Assembly (NCBI RefSeq): GCF_964213995.1
Contig: NW_027590219.1
Coordinates: forward strand, 372,001-436,000
DNA length: 64,000 nt
Reading direction: 5' to 3'
From: Mustelus asterias
Taxonomy: Eukaryota
Shown one piece after another: positions 48,384 through 60,039 of this stretch (position 1 is the first letter of the stretch; each line of letters starts with the position of its first letter). The position numbers were made by a program, and so were the translations under genes. The notes under the pieces were generated by a model. It worked only from the letters and a program-made list of their open reading frames with translations. It made no database searches and was not told where the DNA came from.

Positions 48384-49069
48384 CTTTTGCTACCAAATAA
48401 ACCTGTTGGACTTTAACCTGGTGTTGTGAGACTTGTTACTGTGTCCTGTCCAGAACACAGGGACCTGAAAATTGTTATGCATATAACTGGTCTAAACGTA
48501 CAAGTGCATCTTTAGTGGGCGAAAAGTGTGGGTAATATTATTCGATGTGAGTTACAGAGGTTGGGCGGGGAGGATATTTATTTAGGCAATGAGAGATGAC
48601 ATTGAACTCGCTGCCTTTGAGAGTGTTGGACAGGATGATCAATGATTCCTCAATTTACCTGGATGAACGTGAAAAGTAATAATGTTACAGGAAACGGGGT
48701 TAGGGTATATCGGGATATGGCGGGGGGAAGAGAATGGGACTGACTGGTTTGCTCTGCAGAGATTTGGGCATAGATTCAAGTTGCTCAATATAGTCCTGTG
48801 CCACAACTTTATGATTGGAAATATATAACAGAGCTACAGTACAAGATTACAAGACTAGAAATATAAAGAAATGATCTTTATTATAGAACCATAAACAAAA
48901 TATGTACCATATAATACTTGGCATATCTATGTTGTTACAATCCCCGTAAAGACCTTGAAAACAAACAAATTCCCAGAGAATCCCAATGGAATAAACTGAA
49001 GGACAAGGTTTCATTTTAAAAAAAAACTTTATCTGTAACGATCGAATTAAAATCAACATAAATGAATCA

Positions 49070-49515
49070 GAATGCTGCCAGGATGGAACCTTTAAGTTAT
49101 GAAGAGAGCTTGGATAGGCTTGGATTGTTTTCATTGGAGCAGAGAAGACTGAGGGGTGACCTGATCGAGGTGAATAAGATAATGAGGAACATAGGCAGAG
49201 TGCAAAAGGAGCTGTTGTTCCCCTTAGTTGAAGGGTCAGTCACGAGGTGACATAGGTTCAAGGTGAGGGGCAGGAGGTTTAGGGGGAGATGTGAGAAAAA
49301 ACCTTTTTCCTCAGAGTCTGGAATGCGCTGCCTGGGAGGCTGGTAGAGGCGAGCTGCCTCACATCCTTTAAAAAGTATCCGGATGAACACTTGGCACGTC
49401 ATCACATTCAGGGCTCTGGGTCAAGTGCTGGCAGATATGATAAGGTGGGAGTTCACCTGTCGGTGCAGACTCAATGGGCCAAAGGGCCTCTTCTGTGCTG
49501 TATGATTCTATGAAT
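49070..49515 (+). mobile_element. CR1 LINE 3' end
   Basis: LSYEESLDRLGLFSLEQRRLRGDLIEV; ATTCTATG tail. Confidence 0.8.
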
Positions 49516-49716
49516 CATGAATTAACAAACAGTATCTGAATAGACAGGATAAATTTGACTTTAAAAAGCTCAGACAATAAAAACACGTTTCACAAAATCA
49601 CAAACATTTCCCCCTCACTATATTTGGCTCTAATTCCAGTTCCAGAGAATTTCTCTGTCTCTGTATTTCCCAGGGGAAGAAAGAAAGTGTTTTACTCACA
49701 GATGTTGTCCAGAGGA

Positions 49717-50314
49717 TGAAGTTGGAGTCTGTGTGTGAAGTTTGAATCTGTGTGTGAAGTTTGAGTCTGTGTGTGAAGTTTGAGTCTGTGGTGAAGTTTG
49801 AGTCTGTGTGTGAAGTTTGAGTGTGTGCGTGAAGTTTGAGTCTGTGGTGAAGTTTGAGTCTGTGGTGAAGTTTGAGTCTTTGTGTGAAGTTTGAGTCTGT
49901 GTGTGAAGTTTGAGTCTGTGGTGAAGTTTGAGTCTGTGTGTGAAGTTTGAGTCTGTGTGTGAAGTTTGAGTCTGTGGTGAAGTTTGAGTCTGTGGTGAAG
50001 TTTGAGTCTGTGTGTGAAGTTTGAGTCTGTGGTGAAGTTTGAGTCTGTGGTGAAGTTGGAGTCTGTGGTGAAGTTTGAGTCTTTGTGTGAAGTTTGAGTC
50101 TGTGTGTGAAGTTTGAGTCTGTGTGTGAAGTTGGAGTCTGTGTGTGAAGTTGGAGTCTGTGGTGAAGTTTGAGTCTGTGGTGAAGTTGGAGTCTGTGGTG
50201 AAGTTTGAGTCTTTGTGTGAAGTTTGAGTCTGTGTGTGAAGTTTGAGTCTGTGGTGAAGTTGGAGTCTGTGGTGAAGTTTGAGTCTGTGTGTGAAGTTTG
50301 AGTCTGTGGTGAAG
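49717..50314. repeat. Minisatellite, 18/20-bp unit TGAAGTTTGAGTCTGTG(G/TGT), ~31 copies
   Basis: Contiguous tandem units without spacers. Confidence 0.95.
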
Positions 50315-50319
50315 CTACA

Positions 50320-50850
50320 AACAGAAGCTGTTCTGTTTCAAATCAAACTGCGGGACTTGGAAGAATTTGATGGGAAGAGATTTTGCAAAGTCCCCTCCCC
50401 CACTCCCTCAGCTGGCAGCCCAGCGCGCAGGCGCAGAGAGCGCTGCTGAGCCGAGCTGTCCGGAGCAGGCGCAGAGAGCGCTGCTGAGCCGAGCTGTCCG
50501 GAGCAGGCGCAGTGCGGCTGCCGCCAACGGTCGCTCTCGATCTCTTTTTGGAGCCGCCGGAGAGAGAGGGGGGAGGGGGAGATCACCGAGCGGCTTCTCG
50601 CTCTGGCCGGAGCCGCCAGCCGGTTGCCTGGAAACCTTGGCTCGAGGGGGTGCAGGAGGAGGGGAACAATGGGTGGGGGCGGGGCTCCCGGGTCCGCGCG
50701 CCCGGGCCTGCGCGCGCTTTGTCCCATTGTCTGAATGTAGAGTTCAGCTGCTCATTCCTGCCCAGCAAAGCTGCTGCTGCTCTCTCTCTGAATGAAGATT
50801 GAGCTTCAGACAGACTCAAACTTCCTCCTGTCGGCACCATCTGTGAGTAA
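50320..50850. promoter_or_regulatory. Bidirectional CpG-island promoter between the 46263 (-) and 52625 (+) genes
   Basis: GC-rich with GCGCAGGCGCA motifs and a GC box; plus donor CATCT|GTGAGT at ~50842; minus donor at ~49694-49699. Confidence 0.62.
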
Positions 50851-51269
50851 AACACTTTCTTCTCTCCTCCTTTCCATTTCTTTTCTCATTCTGGGGGAAA
50901 TTGGGGACTTGCAGCAACTGAAGGGAAAGGAAGTGAATCCAGGGAGGCTGTAGACTCTGGAAAGGTTGGCCCAGGTCTCTCTCTCTGAAAGACATTGACA
51001 TCCTTTGCTCCCTCAACTTGACACATTGATTTGTCGGCTAAAAGGATGGTCTCTTTCCTAATGTTCACAATTAGAGGGCTGGTTTCCCCAGAAAATGGCT
51101 GACCTTTAAGGGGACAGTAAATAGGACAGAGATATACCTAGTGTTGTTGTGGTACATATTAGACATTATTTATGGTTCTGTAATAATTATTTACTATTAA
51201 TTCTACATTTTAATATGTACTGTATATCTTTACAGTCCTCGCGATATAGAGGAGATCATTCAGCAACAC

Positions 51270-51617
51270 GGCGGCACGGTAGCACAGTGGTTAGCACTGC
51301 TGCTTCACAGCTCCAGGGTCCCGGGTTCGATTCCCGGCTCGGGTCACTGTCTGTGTGGAGTTTGCACATTCTCCTCGTGTCTGCGTGGGTTTCCTCCGGG
51401 TGCTCCGGTTTCCTCCCACAGTCCAAAGATGTGCGGGTTAGGTTGATTGGCCAGGTTAAAAATTGCCCCTTAGAGTCCTGAGATGCGTAGGTTAGTGGGA
51501 TTAGCGGGTAAATATGTGGGGGTAGGGCCTGGGTGGGATTGTGGTCGGTGCAGACTCGATGGGCCGAATGGCCTCCTTCTGCACTGTAGGGTTTCTATGA
51601 TTTCTATGATTCTATGA
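51270..51617 (+). mobile_element. HE1-like SINE, full length, young
   Basis: Nearly identical to the reverse complement of 15192-15540; intact A and B boxes. Confidence 0.9.
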
Positions 51618-52029
51618 ACTCCATTCCTTACCAATGCTTTGTCGAGCAATCTCGTCAGCTCTATTCCTCCCCATATAACTGTACTTCTGTAAGTTCATTT
51701 ACTTCAAGTACTCATCCAATTTCATTTTGAAATAATTTGTCACTGCTTCCACAATCCTCATAGGCAGAGATGCAGATTAAGATTACTCACTGTCTGGATA
51801 ATTTTCTTCCTCACATCCCCTGCCACTGTGCTGCTAATTAAGAAATAGAGTATGACATATCACACATTTGTCATTCAGGTTTATACACGTGATATTAAAT
51901 ATATATTCCAGCAGACTGCATATTGAGGTTTTCAGGTTTCTTTGAAGCTGTTGAATTGCTCCTTCACTAAAATTGTTTGGCTGAATATTTAGTACAGCAG
52001 AGTGAGAATAGAGAGAATGTGTCATGCAG

Positions 52030-52265
52030 CATGGTGGCACAGTGGTTGGCACTGCTGCCTCACAGCTCCAGGGACTTGGATTCGATTCTCGGCTTGGGTC
52101 ATTGTGCAGAGTTTGTCTATTCTCCCCGTGTCTGCCTGGATTAGAGGGATTAGCAGGGTAAATATGTGGGGTAATTGGGATAGGGCCTGGGTGGGATGGT
52201 TGTCAGTGCAGACTCGATGGGCCAAATGGCCTCCTGCACTGCAGCGATTCTGTGGTTTCTATGAT
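52030..52265 (+). mobile_element. HE1-like SINE with internal deletion
   Basis: Head and tail present, centre missing. Confidence 0.7.
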
Positions 52266-52624
52266 CAGGGTCGATTTTTGTTTAGGAACGATAGAGGAAA
52301 GATGATTCCATTGACACTGGAAGTATTGCTTTTGAATTTCTATCCTGCCCGACAGTGATTACTTTCATGAACTCCTTTTACAGGGTATTAGAAGGGGAAT
52401 ATTTGCAGACAGAAATCCCAAACAGTGTAACTGGAAAAGCACCGAGACACACACACCCGAGTGAGAGTGTTCCCTTGAACTGACTATGGAAAGAGCTTCA
52501 ACTAGTTACACAGCCTGAAAACACATCACACCATTCACAGGAAGGAGAAACTGTACATCGTTTTATGTCTGTATGAGGCTTCAAATGATCATCCAACCTG
52601 GAGAGACACAAGGACACCTGCGCC

Positions 52625-53887
52625 ATGGAGAAACCATGGAAATGTGGGGACTGTGGGAAGAGATTCAGATCTCCATCAGAGCTGGAGATTCATCGACGCA
52701 GCCACACTGGAGAGAGGCCGTTCACCTGCTCAGAGTGTGGGAAGGGGTTCAGTAATTCATCCAACTTATTCAAACACAAACGAGTTCACACTGGGGAGAG
52801 ACCATTCACTTGTTCTGACTGTAGGAAGGGATTCAGATCCCTATCAGAGCTCGAGATTCATCGACGCATTCACACTGGAGAGAGGCTGTTCACCTGCATC
52901 GAGTGTGGGAAGGGATTCACTCATTCATCCAACCTTCTGACACACAAGCGGGTTCACACCGGGGAGAGACCGTTCTCCTGCTCTGTGTGTGGGAAGGGAT
53001 TCAGTGATTCATCCACCCTGCGGAAACACCAGAGAGTTCACACTGGAGAGAGGCCGTTCACCTGCTCTGACTGTGGGAAGGGATTCACTCAGTTATCCAA
53101 CCTGCATACACACCAGCGAGTTCACACTGGGGAGAGTCTGTTCACCTGCTCAGAGTGTGGGAGGGGATTCAGCAATTCATTCAACTTGGTGATACACCAG
53201 CGAGTTCACACTGGGGAGAGGCCATTCACTTGCACCGTCTGTGGAAAGCGATTTACTCATCCATCCTCCCTGCGGACACATCAGCGAGTTCACACTGGGG
53301 AGAGGCCATTTACTTGCACAGTGTGTGGGAAGCGATTCACTCAGGCAGCCAGCCTGCGGGCACACCATGTCACTCACACCGAGGAGAGACCCTTCAAATG
53401 CTCAGCCTGTGAGAGCAGCTTCAAAATAGCTGCTGATCTGAGGGTCCATCAGCGAATTCACACCGGGGAGAGACCCTTCAGCTGCTCTCAGTGTGGAAAG
53501 AAATTTCGAACATCATCCAGCCTTCGGACACACCAAAGAATTCACACTGGGGAGAGGCCATTCACCTGCTCTCAGTGTGGGAAGAGATTTAATGATTCAT
53601 CCACCTTGCTGACCCACCAGCGAGGTCACACTGGGGAGAGGCCATTCACCTGCTCCGAATGTGGGAAGGGTTTCACTCGGTCATCCCACCTGCTGACACA
53701 CCAGCAGACTCACACTGGAGAGAGTCTGTTCACCTGCTCTCAGTGTGGGAAGGGATTCAGTAATTCATTCAACTTGCAAACACACCAGCGAGTTCATACG
53801 GGGGAGAGACCATTCACCTGCTCTGAGTGTGGGAAGAGATTCATTCAGTCTTCCCACCTGCAGACACACCAGCGAGTTCACAAGTGA
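52625..53887 (+). CDS. C2H2 zinc-finger protein, 15 fingers, 420 aa
   Basis: Intact ORF, GCCATGG context, canonical linkers. Confidence 0.92.
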   Translation: MEKPWKCGDCGKRFRSPSELEIHRRSHTGERPFTCSECGKGFSNSSNLFKHKRVHTGERPFTCSDCRKGFRSLSELEIHRRIHTGERLFTCIECGKGFTHSSNLLTHKRVHTGERPFSCSVCGKGFSDSSTLRKHQRVHTGERPFTCSDCGKGFTQLSNLHTHQRVHTGESLFTCSECGRGFSNSFNLVIHQRVHTGERPFTCTVCGKRFTHPSSLRTHQRVHTGERPFTCTVCGKRFTQAASLRAHHVTHTEERPFKCSACESSFKIAADLRVHQRIHTGERPFSCSQCGKKFRTSSSLRTHQRIHTGERPFTCSQCGKRFNDSSTLLTHQRGHTGERPFTCSECGKGFTRSSHLLTHQQTHTGESLFTCSQCGKGFSNSFNLQTHQRVHTGERPFTCSECGKRFIQSSHLQTHQRVHK

Positions 53888-54964
53888 TTATGGGGGTTGG
53901 ATTCTGCTGTTTCTGCTGTTGTCCATCACATCCAGGCCTGAACCATGTTCATTCTGACAGTTGGTAAAGTGGGAGGGTTTCTCCGGCCAGTCTCAGAACT
54001 TTGCTTCCAGGGGGCTGATGCTCTTTGAGCCTGGGAGTGAACATTTCCACTCAATTTATCCGCAATAGCTTATGAAGTACATTTATTTTATCCTGGATAA
54101 TAAATACTGTTCTTCATACCACAACAGGTAGATCTGAAATAAATACATTTGTCTCTGTTTCATTGAGTCTACAACACAGGGCCAGGCCAGTCGGCTGAAT
54201 TGGTCGATGTCAGTATTTATGCTCCACATGAGCCCCCACCCACCCTCTTCATCTCCCCCCCATCAGCATATCCTTCTATTCCTCTCTCCCTCATGTATGT
54301 ATCTAGCTTCCCCTTCAATGTATTCATGCTGTTCACCTCAACCACTCGCTGTGGTGGTGAGTTCCACATTCTCACCACTCGCTGGTAAAGAGGTTTCTCA
54401 TTAAATCTTATTTGGATTATTGAACTGCTTTGTTATCTTTAAGACCTTTCATCAGGTCACCCATCATTTTCTGTTGAATGAAAAGCAGCCCTGGCCTTTC
54501 CTGAAGGTTAAATGTTCTCAGTTCTTCAATATCACAGAACCATATTGACGGGCTGGTCAGATCTGTGGCAAATGTCCAAAGATGTGCGGGTTAGGTTGAT
54601 GGGCTATGCTAAATTAACCCTAGTGTCAGGGGGATTAGCAGGGTAAATATGTTGAGTTATGGGAATAGGGCCTGGGTGGGATTGTGGTTGGTGTAGATTC
54701 GATGGGCCGAATGGCCTCCTGCGCTGTAGGGATTCTATGAAATGGAATTTAACCCTGAACACTGTGAGGTGATGCATCTATTCATTAAATGTTACTTTAT
54801 TAACTACCTACTAGTCAGTAACAGATGATTGAATAAGTGGTGAGCCTTAATTGAACTGCAATTAATGAATCAATAAATCTGTTATATTACAGACTGAGTT
54901 TTATTTTCTGTAAAAATGTAATAGTTTAATGACTGTGGATGTAAATGTGCAATGAAGATAAAGA

Positions 54965-55290
54965 TGGAGTTGTATCCAACACAAAGAAAGATAGTTGTTG
55001 TTGGACATCAGTCATCTCAGCTCTGGGATATCACTGCAGGAGATCCTCAGGTTACTATCCCAGGCCCAACCATCTTTAACTGCTTCATTAATGACCTTCC
55101 CTCCATCATAAGGTCAGAAGTGGGGATGTTCGCTGATGATTGCACAATGTTCAGCACCATTCGTAACTCCTCAGATACTGAGGCAGTGCATCCTCAAATG
55201 CAGCAAGATCTGGACAATATCCAGCCTTGGGCTGACAAATGCCAAATAACATTTGTGCCACACAAGTGCCAGACAATGACCATCTCCAAC
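54965..55290 (+). mobile_element. CR1-group LINE RT core fragment
   Basis: GPTIFNCFINDLPSII..MFADDCTMF..QQDLDNIQPWADK. Confidence 0.8.
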
Positions 55291-55299
55291 AAAAAAAGT

Positions 55300-55565
55300 T
55301 AAAGTAAAGTTTATTTAATAGTCACAAGTAGGCTTACATTAACACTGCAATGAAGTTACTTTGAAAATCCCCTTGTCGCCACACTCCACACCTGTTCAGT
55401 TACACTGAGGGAGAATTTAGCATGGCCATTGCACTTCACCAGCACGTCTTTCAGACTGTGGGAGGAAACCCAATGGGAAGAACGTGCAGACTCCACAGAC
55501 AGTGACTCAAGCTGGGAATTGAACCCGGGTCCCTGGTACTGAGAGGCAGAACCACTGTGCTGCCC
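55300..55565 (-). mobile_element. HE1-head SINE, Rex1-like tail
   Basis: Reverse complement of the 41015/57832 type; a further partial copy at ~56240-56437. Confidence 0.7.
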
Positions 55566-57419
55566 CAAGGGATTCTTTAGAATCCAATAAAGAGATGGTA
55601 TGAAACAGTTCTATTGTATTCCAGTCTAAGACAAGAAGAAGTGGTTGTAGGTAATTGGGGATCAATTAAATTAATCATTTAACCAAACTGACCAATTGTC
55701 AATGGGCCGTACTCTGACATGTAGTCATGGTCACTTTGGTGTTGAAAGTGATTTCCAAAGGTCCAAGTACCGAGGCTGAATTCCACAAGAATTACTGTCA
55801 AAGAAGAAGCTCGAGAGGGTTCAGCTTCTGCAGACTGATCACCCACATGAAGTTGTAAAAGTCAATGTTTTAAAATTGTTTAGTTTTTCTTTCAATAAAT
55901 TTCTTTTTAATTTTATTAATTTTATTAATCAGAGAATTCTGACTTTACTTTAATTAGTTAAAGTAGTCCAATCCAAAGTGAATTTATTAAATGACATTAG
56001 TGGGGTGGCTGAATCAATGAGTCAATTGAGTTACAGATAACAAGATCAGGTAGCATAAATGTTCAATTTAAAACCTGCATTTGTACAGCACCTTTCACAA
56101 CCACAGGACACCTCAAAACGCTGTGCAGCCAATGAAGTACTTTTAGTTACCATCACATCACCATCGTGGCAACTTCCAAGTCCACCCAGAGGGAGCAGCA
56201 CGCATTAGCAGTGAAGGAGCTGCTATTAGCACCAATAGTGAAGGAGAATTTAGCATAGCCAATGTACCTAACCAGCACGTCTTTAGAGTGTGGGAGGAAA
56301 CCGGAGCACCCGGAGGAAGCCCACGCAGACAAGGGGAGAACATGCAGACTCCACACAGACAGTGACTCAAGCTAGGAATCAAACCCGGGTCCCTGGCGCT
56401 GTGAGGTAGCAGTGCTAACCACTGTGCCACCATGCTGCCTCATATCCTGAATCTTCATGATCATTACTTGGCTGGGACGCTTCAGCATGAAAGAATTCCA
56501 ATTACTTGTCAGGCGAAAGGGGTCATGTCCAATAGACTTGTTAAAGACAAATCACTGTTAGATTGCATTGGGGTTTATGTGATCAGGTCTTGGTTTTATG
56601 AACCAGGTCTGTATCAGACTGGAGATGTGTCTTTGATTCTCCACAACAGTTGAAGTATCCTTACTAAATATCCACCACAACAGTTCACCCAGAAATCTGA
56701 GGTTATTGTGATCACAGCCCTTCAAACTGTTACTGATACAATCACCAAATATTCTGAAAGCTCCTTTGGTTGTAATTCCCTCACAGAAAACCTACCCCTC
56801 TGGGGGAGAAAACACAGCTTCTCCACAGCAGAAAGGAAACCACTCCTCACCACTCCGAACTCTGAATGATTGGGGATGTTGCTGGTAAGTGTCCAGGACA
56901 AATTGCTATTTGTGAGGTGAAGGTAGATCAGCAGCAGGAGTAGTGAAGGGAGTGATGGTAATAACCAGGCAAACTGAATCACCAGGAAAGCTGCTCCAGA
57001 GGAGATTCCATGGGATCCACCCAAAACACAACTGTTGGGACCGACAGACTCCAGGAAAATGTCATTTAAAAACTGGTCAGGACGCTGACCCAAATGTGAC
57101 TGTGGGTAAAGAGAGTGGGCACGACTGAAAAAACTTCTCCTCGTCACTTACAGCAAGTAAGGACTCACTTATCTGACAGCTTTATTTTTAAATCACAAGC
57201 GTGGTTTGAATTTGACTTTAGTCACACCTTAGAAAGGAAGTAGTATAAGATCAAAGCAAGGCATATTGCTTGTTTTTTGACTCCTCAATATTATACAAGA
57301 TGATCATACTATTAGCAGCTGAGGATGCATCAGAATGTCCATCGGCACCTGAAGCTGTGCCTCATCTGTGTCCAAACTAATCAGATCCTGCAAAATGCAT
57401 TGTCCCAATTAACACATCC

Positions 57420-57700
57420 CATCTTATTGATCTTCCTTGGGAAACACTGCAGCTTGATTATACAGGCCCACTCTCCACACTAAAAGGAGGAGACTGGTAT
57501 ATCCTGCTAATTGCAGCTATGTTTACCTGGTGGATTGAAGCTTTCCCTGTTTGTAAAAATGATGCAGATACGACAGCTAAAATCTTGTGCGAACAGATCT
57601 TTACCAGATGAGACATCCTGAAATGGATGGAGAGTGATAATGGTTCTCATTCCTCAGCAGAAATAATGTAACAGCTCTGCAGGCTTTGGAAAAGAAAAAA
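57420..57700 (+). mobile_element. LTR-retroelement/ERV integrase (rve) remnant
   Basis: Manual translation from 57435: PWETLQLDYTGPL..YILLIAAMFTWWIEAFPV..TTAKILCEQIFTR*DILKWMESDNGSH; first two DDE aspartates present, two stops. Confidence 0.75.
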
Positions 57701-57831
57701 ATCCAGAAAAATAATTTTGAAAAAAAAAGATTAATTTCATATTTATCCAGAAATAAAGCCCAGTTGAGTTAGGATGGTTATTCCTGTCAGAAACAAAACC
57801 TGACTCAGAATGAACATTGTTCAGTCAAACT

Positions 57832-58135
57832 GGGTGGCATGGTGGCACAGTGGTGAGCACTGCAGCCTCACAGCACCAAGGACCCAGGTTTGATTCCCTT
57901 GGGTCACTGTCTTTGTGGAGTCTGCATGTTCTCCTCATGTCTGTGTGGGTTTCCTCTGGGTGCTCTGCTTTCTTCCCACAAAGATGTGCTGGTTAGGTGC
58001 ATTGGCCATGCTAAATTCTCCCAAATTCAGTGTACCCAAACAGGCGCCAGAGTGTGGCAACCAGGGGATTTTCACAGTAACTTCATTGCAGTGTTAATGT
58101 AAACCTACTTGTGACACTGATAAATAAACTTTAAA
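57832..58135 (+). mobile_element. HE1-head SINE, Rex1-like tail
   Basis: Head GGTGGCACAGTGG; tail TTTTCACAGTAACTTC..TGTGACACTGATAAATAAAC. Confidence 0.8.
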
Positions 58136-58186
58136 AAAAACAGCAGTACTGACAGGAGAAGCCTGTGGGTGACCAGTTGTATAGTT

Positions 58187-58860
58187 GGAGGATACTGTGT
58201 ACAGTTCTGGTCACCTTTTTATAACTGTGTACAGTTCTGGTCACCCTATTATACTGTGTACAGTTCTGGTCACCGTATTATACCGTGTACAGTTCTGGTC
58301 ACCCTATTATAACTGTGTAATACACAGTTATAATAGGGTCACCCTAATATGGAAAGGATATTATTAAACTAGAAAGGGTGCAGAAAAGATTTACTAGGAT
58401 GCTACCGGGATTTGATGGTTTGAGTTATAAGGAGAGGCTGGATAGATTAGAACTTTTTTCTCTGGAGCGTAAAATGCTGAGGGGTGATCTTATAGAGGTC
58501 TATAAAATAATGATGGGCAAGGTCAGCTAAATAGTCAATATCTTTTTCCAAAGGTAGGGGAGTTTAAAACTAGAGGGCATAGACTTAAGGTGAGAGGGGA
58601 GAGATACAAAAGGGCCCAGAGGGGCAATTTTTTCACACAGAGGGTGGCGAGTGTCTGGAACAAGCTGCCAGAGGTAGTAGTAGAGGCGGGTACAATTTTG
58701 TCTTTTAAAAAGTGTTTAGATAGTTACATGGGTAAGATGGGTATAGAGGGATATGGGCCAATGCGGGCAATTGGGACTAGCTTAGGGGTTTTTAAAAAAA
58801 GGGCAGCATGGGCACGTTGGGCCGAGGGCCTGTTTCCATGCTGTAAACCTCTATGACTCT
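58187..58860 (+). mobile_element. CR1 (HER1-like) 3' fragment with reiterated 5' junction
   Basis: Collinear with 31750-32290; TACTGTGTACAGTTCTGGTCACC repeated four times at its 5' end. Confidence 0.85.
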
Positions 58861-58883
58861 CTGACTCTCAGCCAATCTCCAGA

Positions 58884-59310
58884 GTCACTTGTGAACTCGC
58901 TGGTGTCTAACCAGGTTGAATAACTGAAGGAAGCTCTTCCCACACTCAAAACGTGATGTGGAGACTCACCTGATGAAGGAGCAGTGTTCCCGAAAGCTCG
59001 TGCTACCAAATAAACCTGTTGGACTTTAACCTGGTGTTGTGAGACTACTTACTGTGTCCACACTCAAAACAACTATTCCCCTGTGTGGACTCACTGGTGT
59101 CTCAACAGGTTGGAAGGGCAAATCCTTTCCCACAAATGGAGCAGGTGAATGACATCACCCTTGTGTGAATGAGTCGGTGATTCAGCATTTCAGGTCGGCT
59201 TTTAAAATTTTTACACGTTTAGAACATTTAGAAGGACTATTTTCAGTGTGAAGAAATTAAATTTCAGTGAGGCAGGATGACAGAGCGAATCCCTTCGCAC
59301 ACACAGGTTA
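58884..59310 (-). pseudogene. Heavily decayed ZNF array 3' end
   Basis: Reverse complement CACCAGCGAGTTCACAAGTGA (HQRVHK*) and finger-like remnants. Confidence 0.6.
58953..59057 (+). mobile_element. Miniature Penelope-like insertion containing a hammerhead motif (58967-59002)
   Basis: 13-bp TSD CCACACTCAAAAC; CAC-CTGATGA..GAAA-GC-TC-GTG. Confidence 0.78.
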
Positions 59311-60039
59311 GGGTCTGGAATTCACTGCCTGAACGTGCGGTGCAGGCAGATTCAATTCAAGCACTCAAAGGGGAGTTACCTGAACAGGAAGAATGTGCAG
59401 GGATACAGGGAGAAGGTGGCAGAATGGAACTAGTTGAGTTATGCATTCGGAGAGCTGGTGCAGACATGATGGGCCAAAACTTCTGCACCAAAACTCTTCA
59501 GTGACTCTGAAATCTTTAAAAGCCTAAAATGCTGGAATAAAACTCAGCAGGTTCAGCAGCATCTGTGCAGAGAGAGAAACAGAGTTAACATTTCAGGTCT
59601 GTGACCTTTCCTGTGAACTGGGGAAAGTTAGAAATGTAACAGGTTTGGAGAAAGGGGCGGGTGGGACAGGGACTAAAGGAAGGTCTGTGAGAGGGTGGAA
59701 GACAGGAGAGATTGAATGAGAGAAATGTGAATCATCCCAGAGCCAATGGAGATGGAGCGAGAGAAACAGGAGCTGTGTCTGGAGCAGGGGGGCTGCCGAC
59801 TGAAAGAAGGAAAAATGAAACAATCAAAGAGAAAGAAACAGAACGGGCTGAGAGTTCACTCTCTGAAACTGTTGGACTGAATGGTGAGTCCAGGAGGCTG
59901 TAAAGTGTGGAGGGGGTGGGTGAGTGGGAGGATCTTCTCCTGGACCTGCTCTAGACCGTGGTTAAAACAGTAACCAGTAGATCCAGGATGGGAATGGCAC
60001 TGTGAGGCAGCAGTGCTAACCACTGTGCTGCCCTGCACA

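Larger units (their letters stand above)
46869..48443. mobile_element. Penelope-like element, inverted double-arm insertion, GIY-YIG endonuclease C-terminus (ORF 47764-48144 +)
   Basis: NVVYLIRC..WYIGET..LRQRTNEH..GLNRD; left arm is the reverse complement of the right arm; TSD TCCTGTCCAGAA at 46857-46868 and 48444-48455. Confidence 0.9.

Noticed and set aside
49717-50314. CRISPR-like array
   Set aside because: Contiguous units with no unique spacers, no cas genes and a vertebrate context; it is a minisatellite.
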